Source of the DNA: Camelus ferus
Taxonomy: Eukaryota
Assembly: GCF_009834535.1 (NCBI RefSeq)
Contig: NC_045696.1
Span: forward strand, 24,678,001 to 24,742,000
Direction of reading: 5' to 3'
Length of the DNA stretch: 64,000 nucleotides
The notes below the pieces were generated by a model, which searched no databases, was not told the DNA's origin, and was given only the letters and a program-made list of their open reading frames with translations. How positions within the stretch are numbered: the stretch's first letter is position 1; each line of letters begins with the position of its first letter. Positions 43,170 through 56,262 of this stretch are shown one piece after another. Both the position numbers and the translations under genes were made by a program.

Positions 43170-43834
43170 GAAACAATAAGCTTGGAGGACAAGACTTCAA
43201 TCAGAGATTGCTTCAGTACTTATATAAACAGATCTATCAAACATATGGCTTCCTACCATCTAGGAAAGAGGAAATCCACAGATTGAGACAAGCTGTGGAA
43301 ATGGTCAAATTAAATCTGACTCTTCATCAGTCTGCTCAGCTCTCAGTATTACTAACAGTGGAGGAAAAGGACAGGAAGGAACCTCAGAGTAGTGACACTG
43401 AACTGCAGAAGGACAGACTTTCCCCAGCAGATGGCCACCAGGTGAAGAGCACTGGAGATAGCCTTTCTGAAAAGAAAAATGGAGAAAGTCAGGTTTTGTT
43501 TGAAACAGAAATATCACGGAAGCTCTTTGACACCCTTAATGAAGATCTTTTCCAGAAAATCCTCGTACCCATTCACCAAGTGTTAAAAGAAGGCCACCTG
43601 GGAAAGACTGAGATTGACGAGGTGGTTTTGGTTGGGGGCTCAACTCGTATTCCTCGAATCCGCCAGGTCATTCAAGAGTTCTTTGGAAAGGATCCCAACA
43701 CGTCTGTAGACCCTGACCTGGCAGTGGTGACAGGAGTGGCTATCCAAGCAGGGATTGATGGCGGCTCTTGGCCTCTGCAAGTCAGTGCTTTAGAAATTCC
43801 CAATAAGCATTTACAGAAGACCAACTTCAACTGA
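43170..43834 (+). CDS. HSPA13: HSPA13 exon 5 coding part, to TGA
   Basis: cttag| acceptor; encodes NNKLGGQDFNQRL...VLVGGSTRIP...KHLQKTNFN*. Spliced CDS is 25+341+214+168+665=1413 nt, i.e. 470 aa. No substrate-binding domain, as expected for HSPA13. Confidence 0.97.
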
Positions 43835-44652
43835 ATTATGAAGGAATGGTTATTTGTGACCTTGTCTGATGATCTCTTCCCCTTTATCAGACCATCTCCA
43901 CCTAATAAATTCTCCAAATATCTCGCAAATTTACCTAAAAGATAACACTTAGATATATGAAATTTTATGTAATATTTTGTTTTAGGATTGAATATGACCA
44001 AATTGATCTTGTTTGGTTTTGGAGAGCTCCCATTCCAACAAATACTTCTAAAGTGATAGAACTGAGGTAAAGCTCTTCTGGGAGCACAGGTGGCTGTATT
44101 TTGGATTCTGGAAATAGATAACCATATAACCATATGCACTTAAAATTATATTCTGTAAACATTGCCTAGTGCCAATTACAGCATTCCCAGTTCTTACTAA
44201 ATTGTATTGACAGGAGCTGATAATTTATACCTTTGGTTATGACATGTAACTCTGAATTTGAACTATACTTGAAGGACAGTGTTGATGGCAGGTACTTACA
44301 TTGGGTGGGAGAGAGCAGTATTTATTGTTACTTTAAGCTGCATATATAATATTCATAACTGCCATATTATATAACAAAACGACTTTCACAAATTCAGTAT
44401 CCCATTATGTGTCCTATTCACATAACCTACATTCTCCAGATTTTTAAAATATATTTATTGGACCAACTTATTTTGTTTCTGAAATAGCTACAGATTTATT
44501 CAAATATTTCAACACCAGACAGTAGAAATGCCTAACTTATATTTTAGTTCCTTCATCTGCTTGCATCTTCTCTGCTTGGATTTCCATGATTCTGCCTGTT
44601 TAGAAAACAATAGCAAATTATTAATTGCATTTTAGAAATGTGTTGATGTCAC

Positions 44653-44658
44653 AATAAA
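44653..44658 (+). terminator. Proximal polyadenylation signal candidate of HSPA13
   Basis: AATAAA followed ~17 nt later by ttttttgttattt. Confidence 0.55.
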
Positions 44659-46305
44659 GCCGTCATTACTACCAATTTTTTGTTATTTAAGACCTTTGCG
44701 GACATTGATAAACAGCAGTAATCAGCTACAATATATTTATTTCTTTTACATTTTTGTTTCATTGTTTGTTTTCAGTAAACCGTAGAGAATTTAGCTGGCA
44801 TTTGATTCAGTTTTACTGAGTTTTTTTCCCCATACTTAGTTTTAAATGAGGAAATTGTACTCATTTATAAATACCTTCCTTGTTTCCTACCATCAATTAA
44901 AAATAGTTACAGACTTGGGCTATTTTTAGCCTTAAGGTTAGTGTGTCATGAGAGCAGAAAATTTGTGAATACTGGAAGTAACGTGGAAATCTAATGTGGA
45001 ATGCAATGTGAAAAAAAGGTCCACAAATCAGCTTGGTAGCAGTTTTGTGTTTTGGTTTGTTTCCTTTTAGGAAAGCTACAAAAACCAAGAAGAAAATGAA
45101 GCAGTTTTATTTCTGTGATGCCCCTGTTATTTAAAGCTTTTTTTTTTCTATAATAGAGGCATATTTCCTATCAATATTCAAAAATTATACTCTGGTCAAC
45201 ATTTTTGTTAGTATAAAATATATCTGCTTTATCCATTGTTGAGTTTGAAAGGATGTTAAATTTCCAATCAAAGAAAAGGAAAAGTGAACAAAGTGATTTC
45301 AGCAACATCAAAACATTTCAGCTTCTCATATAAAAAGCTGAGTGGTTTTTGCAGATCTAAAGAATGTTTCTTAGTAATGAAATTGCTGTTAAAAGAATTT
45401 CAATCAAATACTTTTGTGTATGAAAATACGTGTAGTAGGTAGATATTAAAATATAGAATGTCTGTTGACATGTTTTATTTTAGAACTAATGGAGAAATGC
45501 CAAAGAGGAATCCTTCACTGCATTATGAAAATATTCAGGTGTTCTCTTGGACGTAATAGAAATCTTCAATAAGTTTCAGAATAGAAAAAGATCTTTTTGC
45601 AAAGGTCTTTAAGAGAAAAGTATTCAATTTTTCAAAATCTCCATATATAGTATCAGTTTTAACCTAAAGCATTTTAAGATTTTTTAAAGTTTGAATTTCT
45701 CAAGTATAAGGTAGTTCAGGACAATCTATTAACACTTTAGAGGAAACAATTTGCAAAACAGGGCAGCTAATCTCATACACTAAAATTGGAATTTAAGTAA
45801 TTGTGTCTAAAAAATAGATTGGCAGTGTTGGAATTTGAAGGCAATTGTTTAGCATATTCTCTAGTATAGTTACACCTTTAAAAAAATGAAGTAAAGTCTG
45901 TCTTTAATTATATTTTAGGGGGCTATATAAATGTATATATAGTCTTGAAATCAGTGTAGTTTATTTATTTAAAAGGTAAAAATGCATCCTACAAGGGATT
46001 ATGTATGCATAATAATCTGAAAACATTTTTCATAAAACAAACAATACATTTTGGTTGTACATCTTGCTAGTGTTTTTTGAAGTACATAACTTTTAAAATA
46101 TTAACTGTCTTGTATGATTAGTATATGTGAATGAATAATTTATTTTGTGTCAGGGGTGTTTTGGTACTTACTGTGTTTTGACTTGAACCACTGATGTATC
46201 AGCAGATAACTACTGTGTATAACATGTTCTGAAGATCATAGTTATTGTGCTTAACAGATTGTGCCTCTTAAATTTGTGTGTACAGGTAATTCACCTTTTA
46301 ATGTA

Positions 46306-46311
46306 AATAAA
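46306..46311 (+). terminator. Distal polyadenylation signal of HSPA13
   Basis: AATAAA with upstream TGTA elements and downstream ttggttttt/tgtgtc. Confidence 0.7.
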
Positions 46312-47149
46312 TACGACTTTGCAGTTTGGTTTTTAAACTGTGTCCTTTATTTTCCATTCCGGACTAGGCCAGAGTACATCTTTGTGGTATGTAAATAAGA
46401 AAGGAATTAGGAATAGAGCTGATCTGATGCTCATGGCATGTGCCCTCAGCAGCTATTGCCTAGTTCCTTGCATCCTGAATGTCTCTGGTATTGCTTACTT
46501 TTCTACTTATTTCCCTTATTTAGAAGAGACATTTTCTGTATTATATGAACAGTGTCTCCAAAATCCATTAATGGCTTCTGACTGTAATGGAGCCAAGATT
46601 TAAACTAATTGAGATGATTAATAATCTTGCGTAGTAGACTAATCCTTTGATCGGTGGTTAATACTTTATACTTCCCTAGTAAAGTTTGTTATTCTTTAGA
46701 CAAAATGCTCAATACAATTTTTTTAAAAGAAATTCATTTGATTAATGTAGTCTTTTCAAATGAACCCTTAAAGATAGTAGTAGATTTGATTCTCCAATCA
46801 CTAGTTCCTGTGATTCCTTCATAGTTGTTTTGAACTATCCCTGCCATTGCTGAGGGATTCAGATACAGTAGAAATACAGTGACACATCATATTTATTTCC
46901 ATTAACAAATGACAGTGCCACATTGAGTTAGGTGGCTTCTAGTGTGGCTCCCTATGATCCTGACTTACCAATGTTGGAGGCTTCAAATGATGTAGCCACA
47001 GTTGAGATTTCAGTGTAATTTCATGAAAGACCCTAAGCCAGAATCACCCAGCTAAGCAGTTTCCAGATTCCTGATTCACTACATTTTGTATTAACGTGTT
47101 ATTCAACAATAGATAATAGAATGCTTGCTATTAGTTTTGTACCAATAAA

Positions 47150-47290
47150 CATGAGTAGGTACTATTATCCCCATTTTCAAATAGGGAAATTAAGGCACAG
47201 ATGCATTAGGTAATTTTCCCAGAATTACACAGCTAATAGATAGCAGAACTATGATTCAAATCCAGTTCATGCTCAGTGCCAATGCTGTGT
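47150..47290 (+). mobile_element. MIR SINE
   Basis: Core: gtaggtactattatccccattttcaaatagggaaattaaggcacaga. Confidence 0.75.
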
Positions 47291-47933
47291 TGCCTTATCC
47301 ATCCCATCATACACTCCTACAGTGCCTTTTTTGTTCAGTAATAAACCCTGGATAGTATCCATGAAAGACCTTTTGTTTATCAGATAATGTTAAAGATTTC
47401 GCTTTTGCTATTTAATCTTTTACATTTCTGACAAGCAAATTTGAATTTACAGATCTTTTAAATACAAAATAGAGATGATGGTACCTACTTCAGTGGCTTT
47501 TTGTGAGTGCCTCGTACAGAAAGTGCTAAATATTGTGAATAGAGATGGTAAAAAGATAGGGACATGAACAAAGAAGTTCAATGACTTGCTAATTTTATGT
47601 GAGATTATAAGGAAATGCTACCCAAAAAATGGGCTATTTTCCCAAATATCCTCAAGCCCCTGATTCTATGGGTCTAAAACTTCTGCAAACTATTGAGAAT
47701 TCTGATGAAATATGAGAAAAAATAAATTTGCCTTCATAAACATAAATTTAGTTTTGGAAAGAATAGACAGTTGCATCACATCAACTTATTTGGATGTTAA
47801 AGCAGGAACAAACGCAGTTTGTTTTACACCTCATTGAATTAACTACTATTTGGCTAAACTGAAAGACCTAAATTGTTTCAAATGGTATAACACCTATAAT
47901 TTTAGAACTATATATATTTATATATAAACATAG

Positions 47934-47961
47934 ACACACACACACACACACACACATACAC
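47934..47961. repeat. (AC)n microsatellite
   Basis: Read directly. Confidence 0.9.
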
Positions 47962-48201
47962 TTCTGTTATGAGTTCATCCATTTACTTATATTGTCTAAC
48001 AGATCTCTGTAGTATTGGAAACTGGGAATTTGAGTTAATTATTAGTTGTAACCACTACCCTTCCTTTGTCTCCCAAGTAGATAAATTAAGATAATTTTGT
48101 AGTGTTTGAAAAATGCTTTGTGGCAAAATGTAGTTGTGGCAGACCTGCTAAATGCTACTGCAATATCTTTTCTATTCACTCTTACTTCTAGAACCTGGTT
48201 T

Positions 48202-48238
48202 TTTTGTTTGTTTGTTTGTTTGTTTGTTTGTTTGTTTT
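48202..48238. repeat. (TTTG)n microsatellite
   Basis: Read directly. Confidence 0.9.
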
Positions 48239-49666
48239 TGGAGTGGCAATATCCCCTACTTTAAAAGTTATTTCCCATCTTCTTCTGCAGCTATGGATGG
48301 CTGTGACATGATTCTGACCATTGAGATGTAAACATGTAACCATATAAATCAGTAGGTACACAGGCTGTTTCTTTTTTTAACGTTTACACATCTAGATTAT
48401 ACAAACATCTTGCTTCTCACCACTCCTTTCTTCTTGAAATGCAGACATGATGCTGGAGATAAAGCAATGGGTTTGCAGCCATAAATCAACAGACACATAA
48501 TGGGTGGTTGAGCAAAAGGCAGAAGCAGCCAGTGGTGTTATGGAAGCACTCTGGCCAACTCAGTCCTTTCCTCCTTGAGACTTCTTTACACTTAAAGAAA
48601 ACAAGCCCCTTAGTTGTTTACACTTACTTCTTTCTTTTCTTTCTTGTGTTTTTAAACTTTACAATGTGGTTAAACATTTGGTCAAATTGTCATTTGTTGG
48701 ACTTCTGCTTCGGGCCAAGAGGGAATAAAAAGGAACTGATTCTACTAAAAAGTGGAAGTATGTGAAACAAGTTTTCAAGCTCTTACGCACCATGGCCAAC
48801 TTTAATTCTTGTCCATTACCTCTGCAAAGTCATAGCTATGGCGATACAGGGAAAGCAGAGGCTGGTCTGAAATCCCCACAAATGCTCAGAACAGGAAGCT
48901 AGAAGCAGATGTCCAAAGAATTAGTGGTGACTGAAGCTGTGTTACTTTGTATGCCTAGTTCCTGTGGCCCTCCACTGTCAGGCATTCCAAATCGTTCATT
49001 TTGTCCTACTCTCTGACCACCACATTACATTTTCTACTATGTATATCAGAGTTGAAAAATAGCAATAAACCAATAATCATTCACAAGTGTATTCATAATG
49101 AGCTGAGTTTTATAAACATGGATTCAAAAATCGATCCTTGACACACAAAAGTACATATTTGTCATTTTCCTTTTAAACATTTTGGAAAAACTATATTTAA
49201 AATTTTCACAAATATCACAAATATTTTTTAAATTTATGATCTATTTTTGTTTTACTCAGATACCTGTTCACGTTTATGTTCCTCTTTGTGCTGCCTTCAT
49301 GAGATAAAAGGTTCCTATCTTTGATCAACTGTGATAACTAAGCACATGCTCAGTCTGGTCTGTCTGTAAACAACAAGTGAGCAAACCTAGTTACCTGGTC
49401 AGCCATCATCAGCAAGAGAAGCCAGTCAGCCTTTACCCAGTTCATACCCATTACTGTGGCCTCATTAACCCAGCAGCTCATCAGCCACCACAGGAACTAC
49501 CAAGATAGTCTTCATCCTTATGAAAAGATGTAGAGAAATGTGGCTCACAATGTAGCCGAAAGTCCTTATTTTTGTATTCTACAGATGATCCACTTGCTTA
49601 GAAAACGACAGCCAGAAAAGAGGGAACTAGGAGAACTGGAAGGAACGAGAAAGAGTAAAATAATAA

Positions 49667-50949
49667 TGAGACTGGAGGAAAGAGGGCAGAGCACAGCCGT
49701 TCAAGGAATGATAGCAATTAACACCAACATGGTGGAAGATTCAACTCCCAGTTGCCCTTGAGGATTAAGATGGCGGGAGGTTTGCCTTCTAGCAGAACTT
49801 GACCTTCATTATATCCTCATTGTAATATATTGGCATGATAAATAGCATGCTCGTAGGTGCCATGACAATCCCAAGGCAAAAGAGTGGTCAGTGACCCGAT
49901 TCCTGGGAATCCCAGCCCCTTCCCCAGGGTAATTGGAATAGTCCTCCCATTTGCAGGCATGTGAAGCTATGAGCCCACTGAAAACTGGCAACACCATGAC
50001 TCGTGGTCACCTCTTTCTCTCCCTCATATCCGGAGACAAGCTGCACTCTGTCTATGGAGTGTGTACCTACTTTTATTTTAACCTGAGCACCCACCTCTCA
50101 CCTCGCGGCCTTTTTCTTGCCTTTTGAAAAAGCCTATATACATTCTGTACAGTACATATCTCTCTGATGCAAGAACACAGATGTGGGGCGTGAGAAGGGC
50201 TGTGTCCCAGGCTTCGGCTGAGCCCCTGGGACATGCCCCGCCAAGTGTGGGTCCTTGGCTTCACACAGGAAAGAATTTAAGAGAGAGCTACTGTTGAGTA
50301 AAGGTAGATTTATTCATAGAGATACACTGAAAGGCAAGAGAAAGGCCACGAGATATGGGTGTTGGGTGCTCAGATTAAAAGTAGGTACACATTCCATAGA
50401 CAGAATGTGGGCCATCTCCAGCGAGGGGGAGAGAGGGGCTGGCAGAGGCGCCGTGTTGCTAGTTTTTATGGGCTTGGTGGCTTCATATGCTAGTAAGTGG
50501 AAGGACCAGTCTAAGTAGCCTGGGGAAGGGACTGGGATTCCCAGGAAGTTGGCCATTTCCCACTCTTTGACCTTTTGTGGCTAGCCTTGGGACTGCCATG
50601 GTGCCTGTGGGCATGTTACTCACCATGTTAATATATTACAATGGGCCTATAATGAAGCTCAAGATCTACTAGAAGTTAAATCTCTCAACATCTTGAGCCT
50701 CAAGGTCTACTGGGGGTTGAATCTTTCACCAATTTGATGTTAATTGCTGTAGCATTCCTTGAATGGCTGTGCCCTGCCATCTTACTTTCTCTTCCCTAAA
50801 TGAACTCTACCTTTACTCAACTGTGGCTCACTCTTGAATTCCTTCCTGCGTAAGCCAAGGACACACACTTGGTGGTGCACGTCCCAGCAGCTCAATCGAG
50901 ACCTGGGACATGGCCCTCCTCACATGCCACATCAGTTTTTCCTGCCTCA
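49667..50949 (+). mobile_element. Solo ERV1-class LTR, MER41-like (outer copy; segments 49667-50164 and 50792-50949)
   Basis: TG...CA termini with flanking ATAA/GTAA (4-bp TSD, 1 mismatch). MER41-like blocks AAGATGGCG, GCCATGACA, CTCTGTCTATGGAGT and GAATTCCTTCCTGCG. Family call is from memory of the consensus. Confidence 0.75.
50165..50787 (-). mobile_element. Second LTR of the same family, nested in inverted orientation
   Basis: Reverse complement is colinear with the outer LTR (49901-49928 vs 50519-50546 match at 27/28). Flanked by TCTC at 50161-50164 and 50788-50791. Confidence 0.8.
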
Positions 50950-52380
50950 GTAATAGTAACTGCTTGGCTGTTTTGTTTCTGTTCCTGGGAAGGCGCCAGA
51001 GAGTCCTGTTCAGTTTCATACACAATTGAAATGAAAATGAAATATTAATATTTTAAAACACAAAAAATAAAAAATAAAAAAATAAAACACAATAACATTT
51101 CCTTGAGTAATTTTGGCTTAGTAATTTTTAAAATTTATTTTTGCTTTCTTTTCACTCGTTAATGAAATATCCAGTTCCCTTTCTTAATGGAATTCAACAC
51201 ATATTTACTCAATGTTTACAGAGTACAAAACATAGCGGCAGGCAGTTCAGGGATTACAAAGACAGGACAACATTTTAAGTGACAAATTCTAAGGAAGGAA
51301 GCTTGTGTTAATAAAGGGATTTATAATTTAAGGAAAATTTTCATAAGTACCTTTAGGGGATAAAATGAAGTTGTAAAAAGTTGTTGCATAGGAAGGAGAA
51401 AAAGAGGATAAAAGAAATGGTTGATAGATCTTAACATATTAAAATACTTTATTAAAATCACCTTGAAAGGAAAATACTATTCAAGTTTGAAAACCTCAAA
51501 TTTGAAGGGCAATTCAGAGAAATAATGTTGCTTCTATTATATAAAACCACCAAATTAAAAAGCCCTTCAAAATATAATTAGTACTAGAAATTTAACAATT
51601 TCTGATACATAACCCACTGAGGTTAACTCTAGCCAAAAAATGATGTCCCATAAAAAATATAAAAGGAAACAGTAAAAATATTATAAAATATTATTTTTAA
51701 ATAAAGCACATCCATAAAATTCAGTTAACATATAATTAATCTTTCTAAAAAAGCAACTGAATAACTCAATGTTTTTTCTGATTCCTCCATAATTTTATAC
51801 ACTGTACAGTAACTCAACACATAGTAAATATGTATGTCAGTGCCCATATATTATTATACTAAAACACCTAGTCACTCAATCTACACATGTTTGTTGAGTA
51901 TCAACGATCTGAGAGGCACTATGCTAGGAACCTAACACACAAACTCGGCTGAAACTGGGCACTTGACTTCAAGTACACTTAGTGCAGAGACAGGCTAAAA
52001 GAATTAAAACAGAGTATGGTCTCTGCCGTGATAAAGGTATGCACAACGGGGGTAGTCAGAGCACAGAAAAGGGGCGTCTGGATCAGACTGGACAGCAGGG
52101 GTGGAAATCAGAGGATACTCTGGAGAAGGTGCCTCTCAAATAGAGACCTAAAGGGTAAATGGCATTGAGTACTTAGGCAACAGAGAAAAGGCAGAGACCC
52201 CCGAGGGCACGAATGGAAGAAAGAAGGCTGAGTGCAGCCCTGGATGGTTACAGTGAGGGTGCTTATCCCTATTTGTGCTGACCAGTGGTTTTTTGCCCAC
52301 TTTTTTTGCATTTCTTCCCTGTCATTATTTTTTCAAATACTGATTTTTTTTTATTTGGTATAATCAAGAACAATCCAAAA

Positions 52381-52513
52381 CTATTTAATTTTTGTCCCTG
52401 AGACTTGTGTTATTTCTGCTTCTGTTAGCATGTCAAAGAAAAGTCCTTTCTGCTGTATCAAATTCTGTGGTGTTTCAAATTCTGTAATCCTTCCAGAGTC
52501 TAGAACAAGCACC
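52381..52513 (-). CDS. ABCC13: ABCC13 last coding exon, to TAG
   Basis: tgcag| acceptor; encodes VLVLDSGRITEFETPQNLIQQKGLFFDMLTEAEITQVSGTKIK*; 133 nt. The 8 exons total 1227 nt, i.e. 408 aa plus stop. Confidence 0.9.
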
Positions 52514-52854
52514 CTGCAACGTGAAAAAAATCCAGTCAGGTAACCTATAACCAGTGTTTCAGTTCACCCTTCTTGTTGTTACAACTGTAAAGTTTAAATG
52601 ACTGTGTGAGTTGTGTCGGTACAAAATAAAGGTACTATTTGACTCAGGAAATATATCAAGTTTCCCAATATTCTTCTTAGCATTCACATACTCCTCTAAT
52701 TATTTTGGAAAATATCTTCCATGCTCTTAAGGGACATTTTGTATCTCAGCACAGTTAAAATTGTTTATTAGTAGTGGCAAGTAATTAATGTGTTTTATAT
52801 GTTCAATAGTTACCTCTGTAGAAATGGTTTTATTTCTGAAGAAAGTAAAGCCTA

Positions 52855-53097
<243 letters not shown>

Positions 53098-53399
53098 TCA
53101 CACACTTCCTGTTCTAAAATTCTGCTGATAATTGTTGCTCTCTTCCTAACTCATTCATTCGTTCTTTTCTTTAAGAAATATTCACTGAGTGATTATTATA
53201 TGCCAGACTCCGGTCCAAGTTCTGAAAATAGAACAGTGAATTAAATAGACAAAAGTTTACGTCTGTGTGGAGTTTACATGGTGAAACAAAAAATAAACAA
53301 GATAAATGAGCAAAATGCCTAGTAATAAGAAGAATTCAAACATACAGAAAGGGGACGTGTGAAGCGTGCATGTGGGGTGTATATATTAGATGGGCAAGC

Positions 53400-53931
53400 C
53401 AAAAAAATCCTCCCCCTATTCCCTGAAAGATTTGGGGGAGGATGAAACAAGAGTGGAGATTGAAACCAAGTTCCTCTGCCAAGTTTATGATTAACCTCTC
53501 TATCCAAAACACTGTTCCCCTTCTTGTCTAACACCTGTTCTCCTCAAGGTTGAGGAGAATCAAAGAAAAGGGGGGAACTGTAACCAAGCAGGACCCTGTG
53601 AGCCTTTCCTGGGACAGATCCCTTCCCTGTATCCTCTGCTGTAGCTCCTCTCTGAGGTACCCAGATGATAGTATCTCATGCATATTTCCTGAGTTTTTCA
53701 AATGCTAAAAACCACCACCAAATAGAAGAAATTAACTACTTTATGATCATGAGCATATAGCCTGCCCCCCAACCCAACCTAGTGCCTAAGGGTTGATTAC
53801 CATCAACCAGTTAGAATTGTGCGCAGCTGATCACAGACCCTAGGACCTCCCCTCCCCTCCCAACCCACATCAGCTGGCCTTTGAAAATGCTTAGGTGAAA
53901 ACCTTCGGGGAGTTTGGGAGGTTTGGTGGCA
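53400..53931 (+). mobile_element. ERV fragment: internal 3' end, polypurine tract and truncated 3' LTR, within an L2
   Basis: AAAGAAAAGGGGGGAA (53562-53577) lies just before TGTAACCAAGCAGGACCC at 53579. L2-like sequence on both sides. Confidence 0.6.
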
Positions 53932-54557
53932 CTGGGAAGATGCTTTTTAATTCAAGACCTGAAGGAAGTGGGGAGTAAGTCTTGCAGATTTCCGATGGGA
54001 ACTTGTTCCTGGCAAAGTGAATCGCAGATGTGAAACTCCTGAGGCAGACAGGAAATGGCCTGGCATTTTGATGAATCAGCATGGAGGCCAAGGTGGTGGA
54101 AACAGAAAGGGAGGGGGAGAGTAGTCAAAGAGAAGGCTAAGCCATGCAGTGCAGGCTTGAGAGGGTCCAACTGACTTTCCTTAGGTCTCTGATCACATAA
54201 AGGAACTGTCCTAAGACATCAAATAGCCATGAAGAAAAAGCAGCCCCTTACAACATTTTTTAGGAAGAAAGCTATTAGAATAGGAGACTTTACAAAAGAA
54301 GATTCAATCAAATAGTGACTTTTTGTACTGCATTGTTCGTTTTTTTCCCCTTTGTTTCTCAACCAGCAGTTTCCCAGTGAGTGGCTACTATTTTATTTAT
54401 TCCTTGTCTCTCTTCCCTAGAGGTAATCAGCAGTGATGTGCTTTGAACAGACCAAACAAAATCCATGCTGGCTCAGGAGTGATTTCCCTTTGAGGCCAAC
54501 TCGTCTGTAAAAAGCTGAGCACAAATGACCCGGGCAAGCTCTGCTCTTAGCATCTTA

Positions 54558-54725
<168 letters not shown>

Positions 54726-55954
54726 CTAGAGAATAAAATAGTTACCAGTAATCTTACTGTCACAGGAGGCATGCATATGCTAAATAAGGAAAAAACGAAA
54801 TAGTTGTCAAATTCATTTTATATTAAAACCCAAAGCAGCAGAGAATCAGAGTAAGCTGCAAGTTAGGGTAAATCGTTATAAGCTTCCTGATTCTTCCTCC
54901 TCCTCTTATTGATCATGTCCACAACAACCATAATAGTAATGATGACGATGGCTGTCATTTAGTCAGGGATACACCATAACAGAGAAAAAAACTGAATAAA
55001 TGCAATCTATACTACGTATGCAACACAATCAATCAGTACACCAACCCAGAAAGATGGAAGTCAATATCCTCATTTGACAGAGTGAACTGGAGGTTTCAAA
55101 AGCTCTCGTCCAGGGACATACAGAAGGTAAGTGCTCAAGCCCAGTTCAAAGAGGACAAGTCCATGCTCTTTCCGACACACCAACATGCCTAGTGAACCTG
55201 TATTTTACTACACCTGTACTGATTTATAAGAAAGAAATGTCTATTTCTTTTTTCCACTAAATTTTTCCCTGCCAGAACTTTAGATTTTACTCAGATTTGT
55301 TTTGATGTGAATTCATGAATGCAAGTATATATGTAAACAACATGACAAAGAGATGATATAATTTTGTTATTTTTAGAAAGTAATATAAAAATATTTCATA
55401 AATGCTCAGCTGAAATCTCTCAAACTCAATTGAATAAGTCATTTTTGACCTTAGAGGCATATTATTGAGCCAATTTGCGTACTTGTTAATGCTCAAGTTC
55501 CTTTGATGCCATGGATGGAAAAATCAAAGAACTTGAGAAAAAAAGATCTAACTGAATTACTGTTCTTTTTATTTTTTTTAATGTTTCTAAACTTCAAGTC
55601 AGAAGAGTCAAAACCCTACATTCAAATTATCAACTAAGCAACAGCCTCAGTAATTGTTTTTTTCTTCCAAAAAATACCAACACATTTCAGTCTGATCTTT
55701 TCATTCAAATTTTATTTATATTCACCATTATGAAGGAAACTTGCAAAACAATGTACCAGTTTTTTAAATAGATCAATGCACTTAGGAAGAACACTTTAGA
55801 GTAAGAGTGTTTAACAGGAATTCAATTAAATAGTGATTTTTCACAATACATTTAAAATAATTTGGCTCCCCAAAATGAATGTACATGCTTGAAAGGAATA
55901 TACTCTTAAAAAAAAAAAGGAAGATGCTTACCTTGAGGAAATTAAGAAAGACTA

Positions 55955-56131
<177 letters not shown>

Positions 56132-56170
56132 CTATAATGAAATTATTATAAGCAGTTTACACTGTACTTT

Positions 56171-56262
56171 TTTTTGTATATATATATATACAATGCTTCA
56201 GTCGTACATGAACACACATATATTCGTTTTTCTATTCTTTTTCACCATAAGTTACTACAAGA
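56171..56262 (-). mobile_element. Very short young L1 3' fragment with 8-bp TSD
   Basis: catatattcgtttttctattctttttcaccataagttactacaagat, flanked by TGTACTTT at 56163-56170 and 56263-56270. Confidence 0.7.

Larger units (their letters stand above)
43835..46330 (+). other. HSPA13: HSPA13 3'UTR (long form)
   Basis: Repeat-free AT-rich stretch after the stop codon, ending at AATAAA 46306-46311 followed by GT/T-rich sequence. Confidence 0.7.

Noticed and set aside
43672..44139. 155-aa antisense ORF (also antisense ORFs at 52790-53128 and 56049-56276)
   Set aside because: Shadows of real coding exons on the opposite strand.
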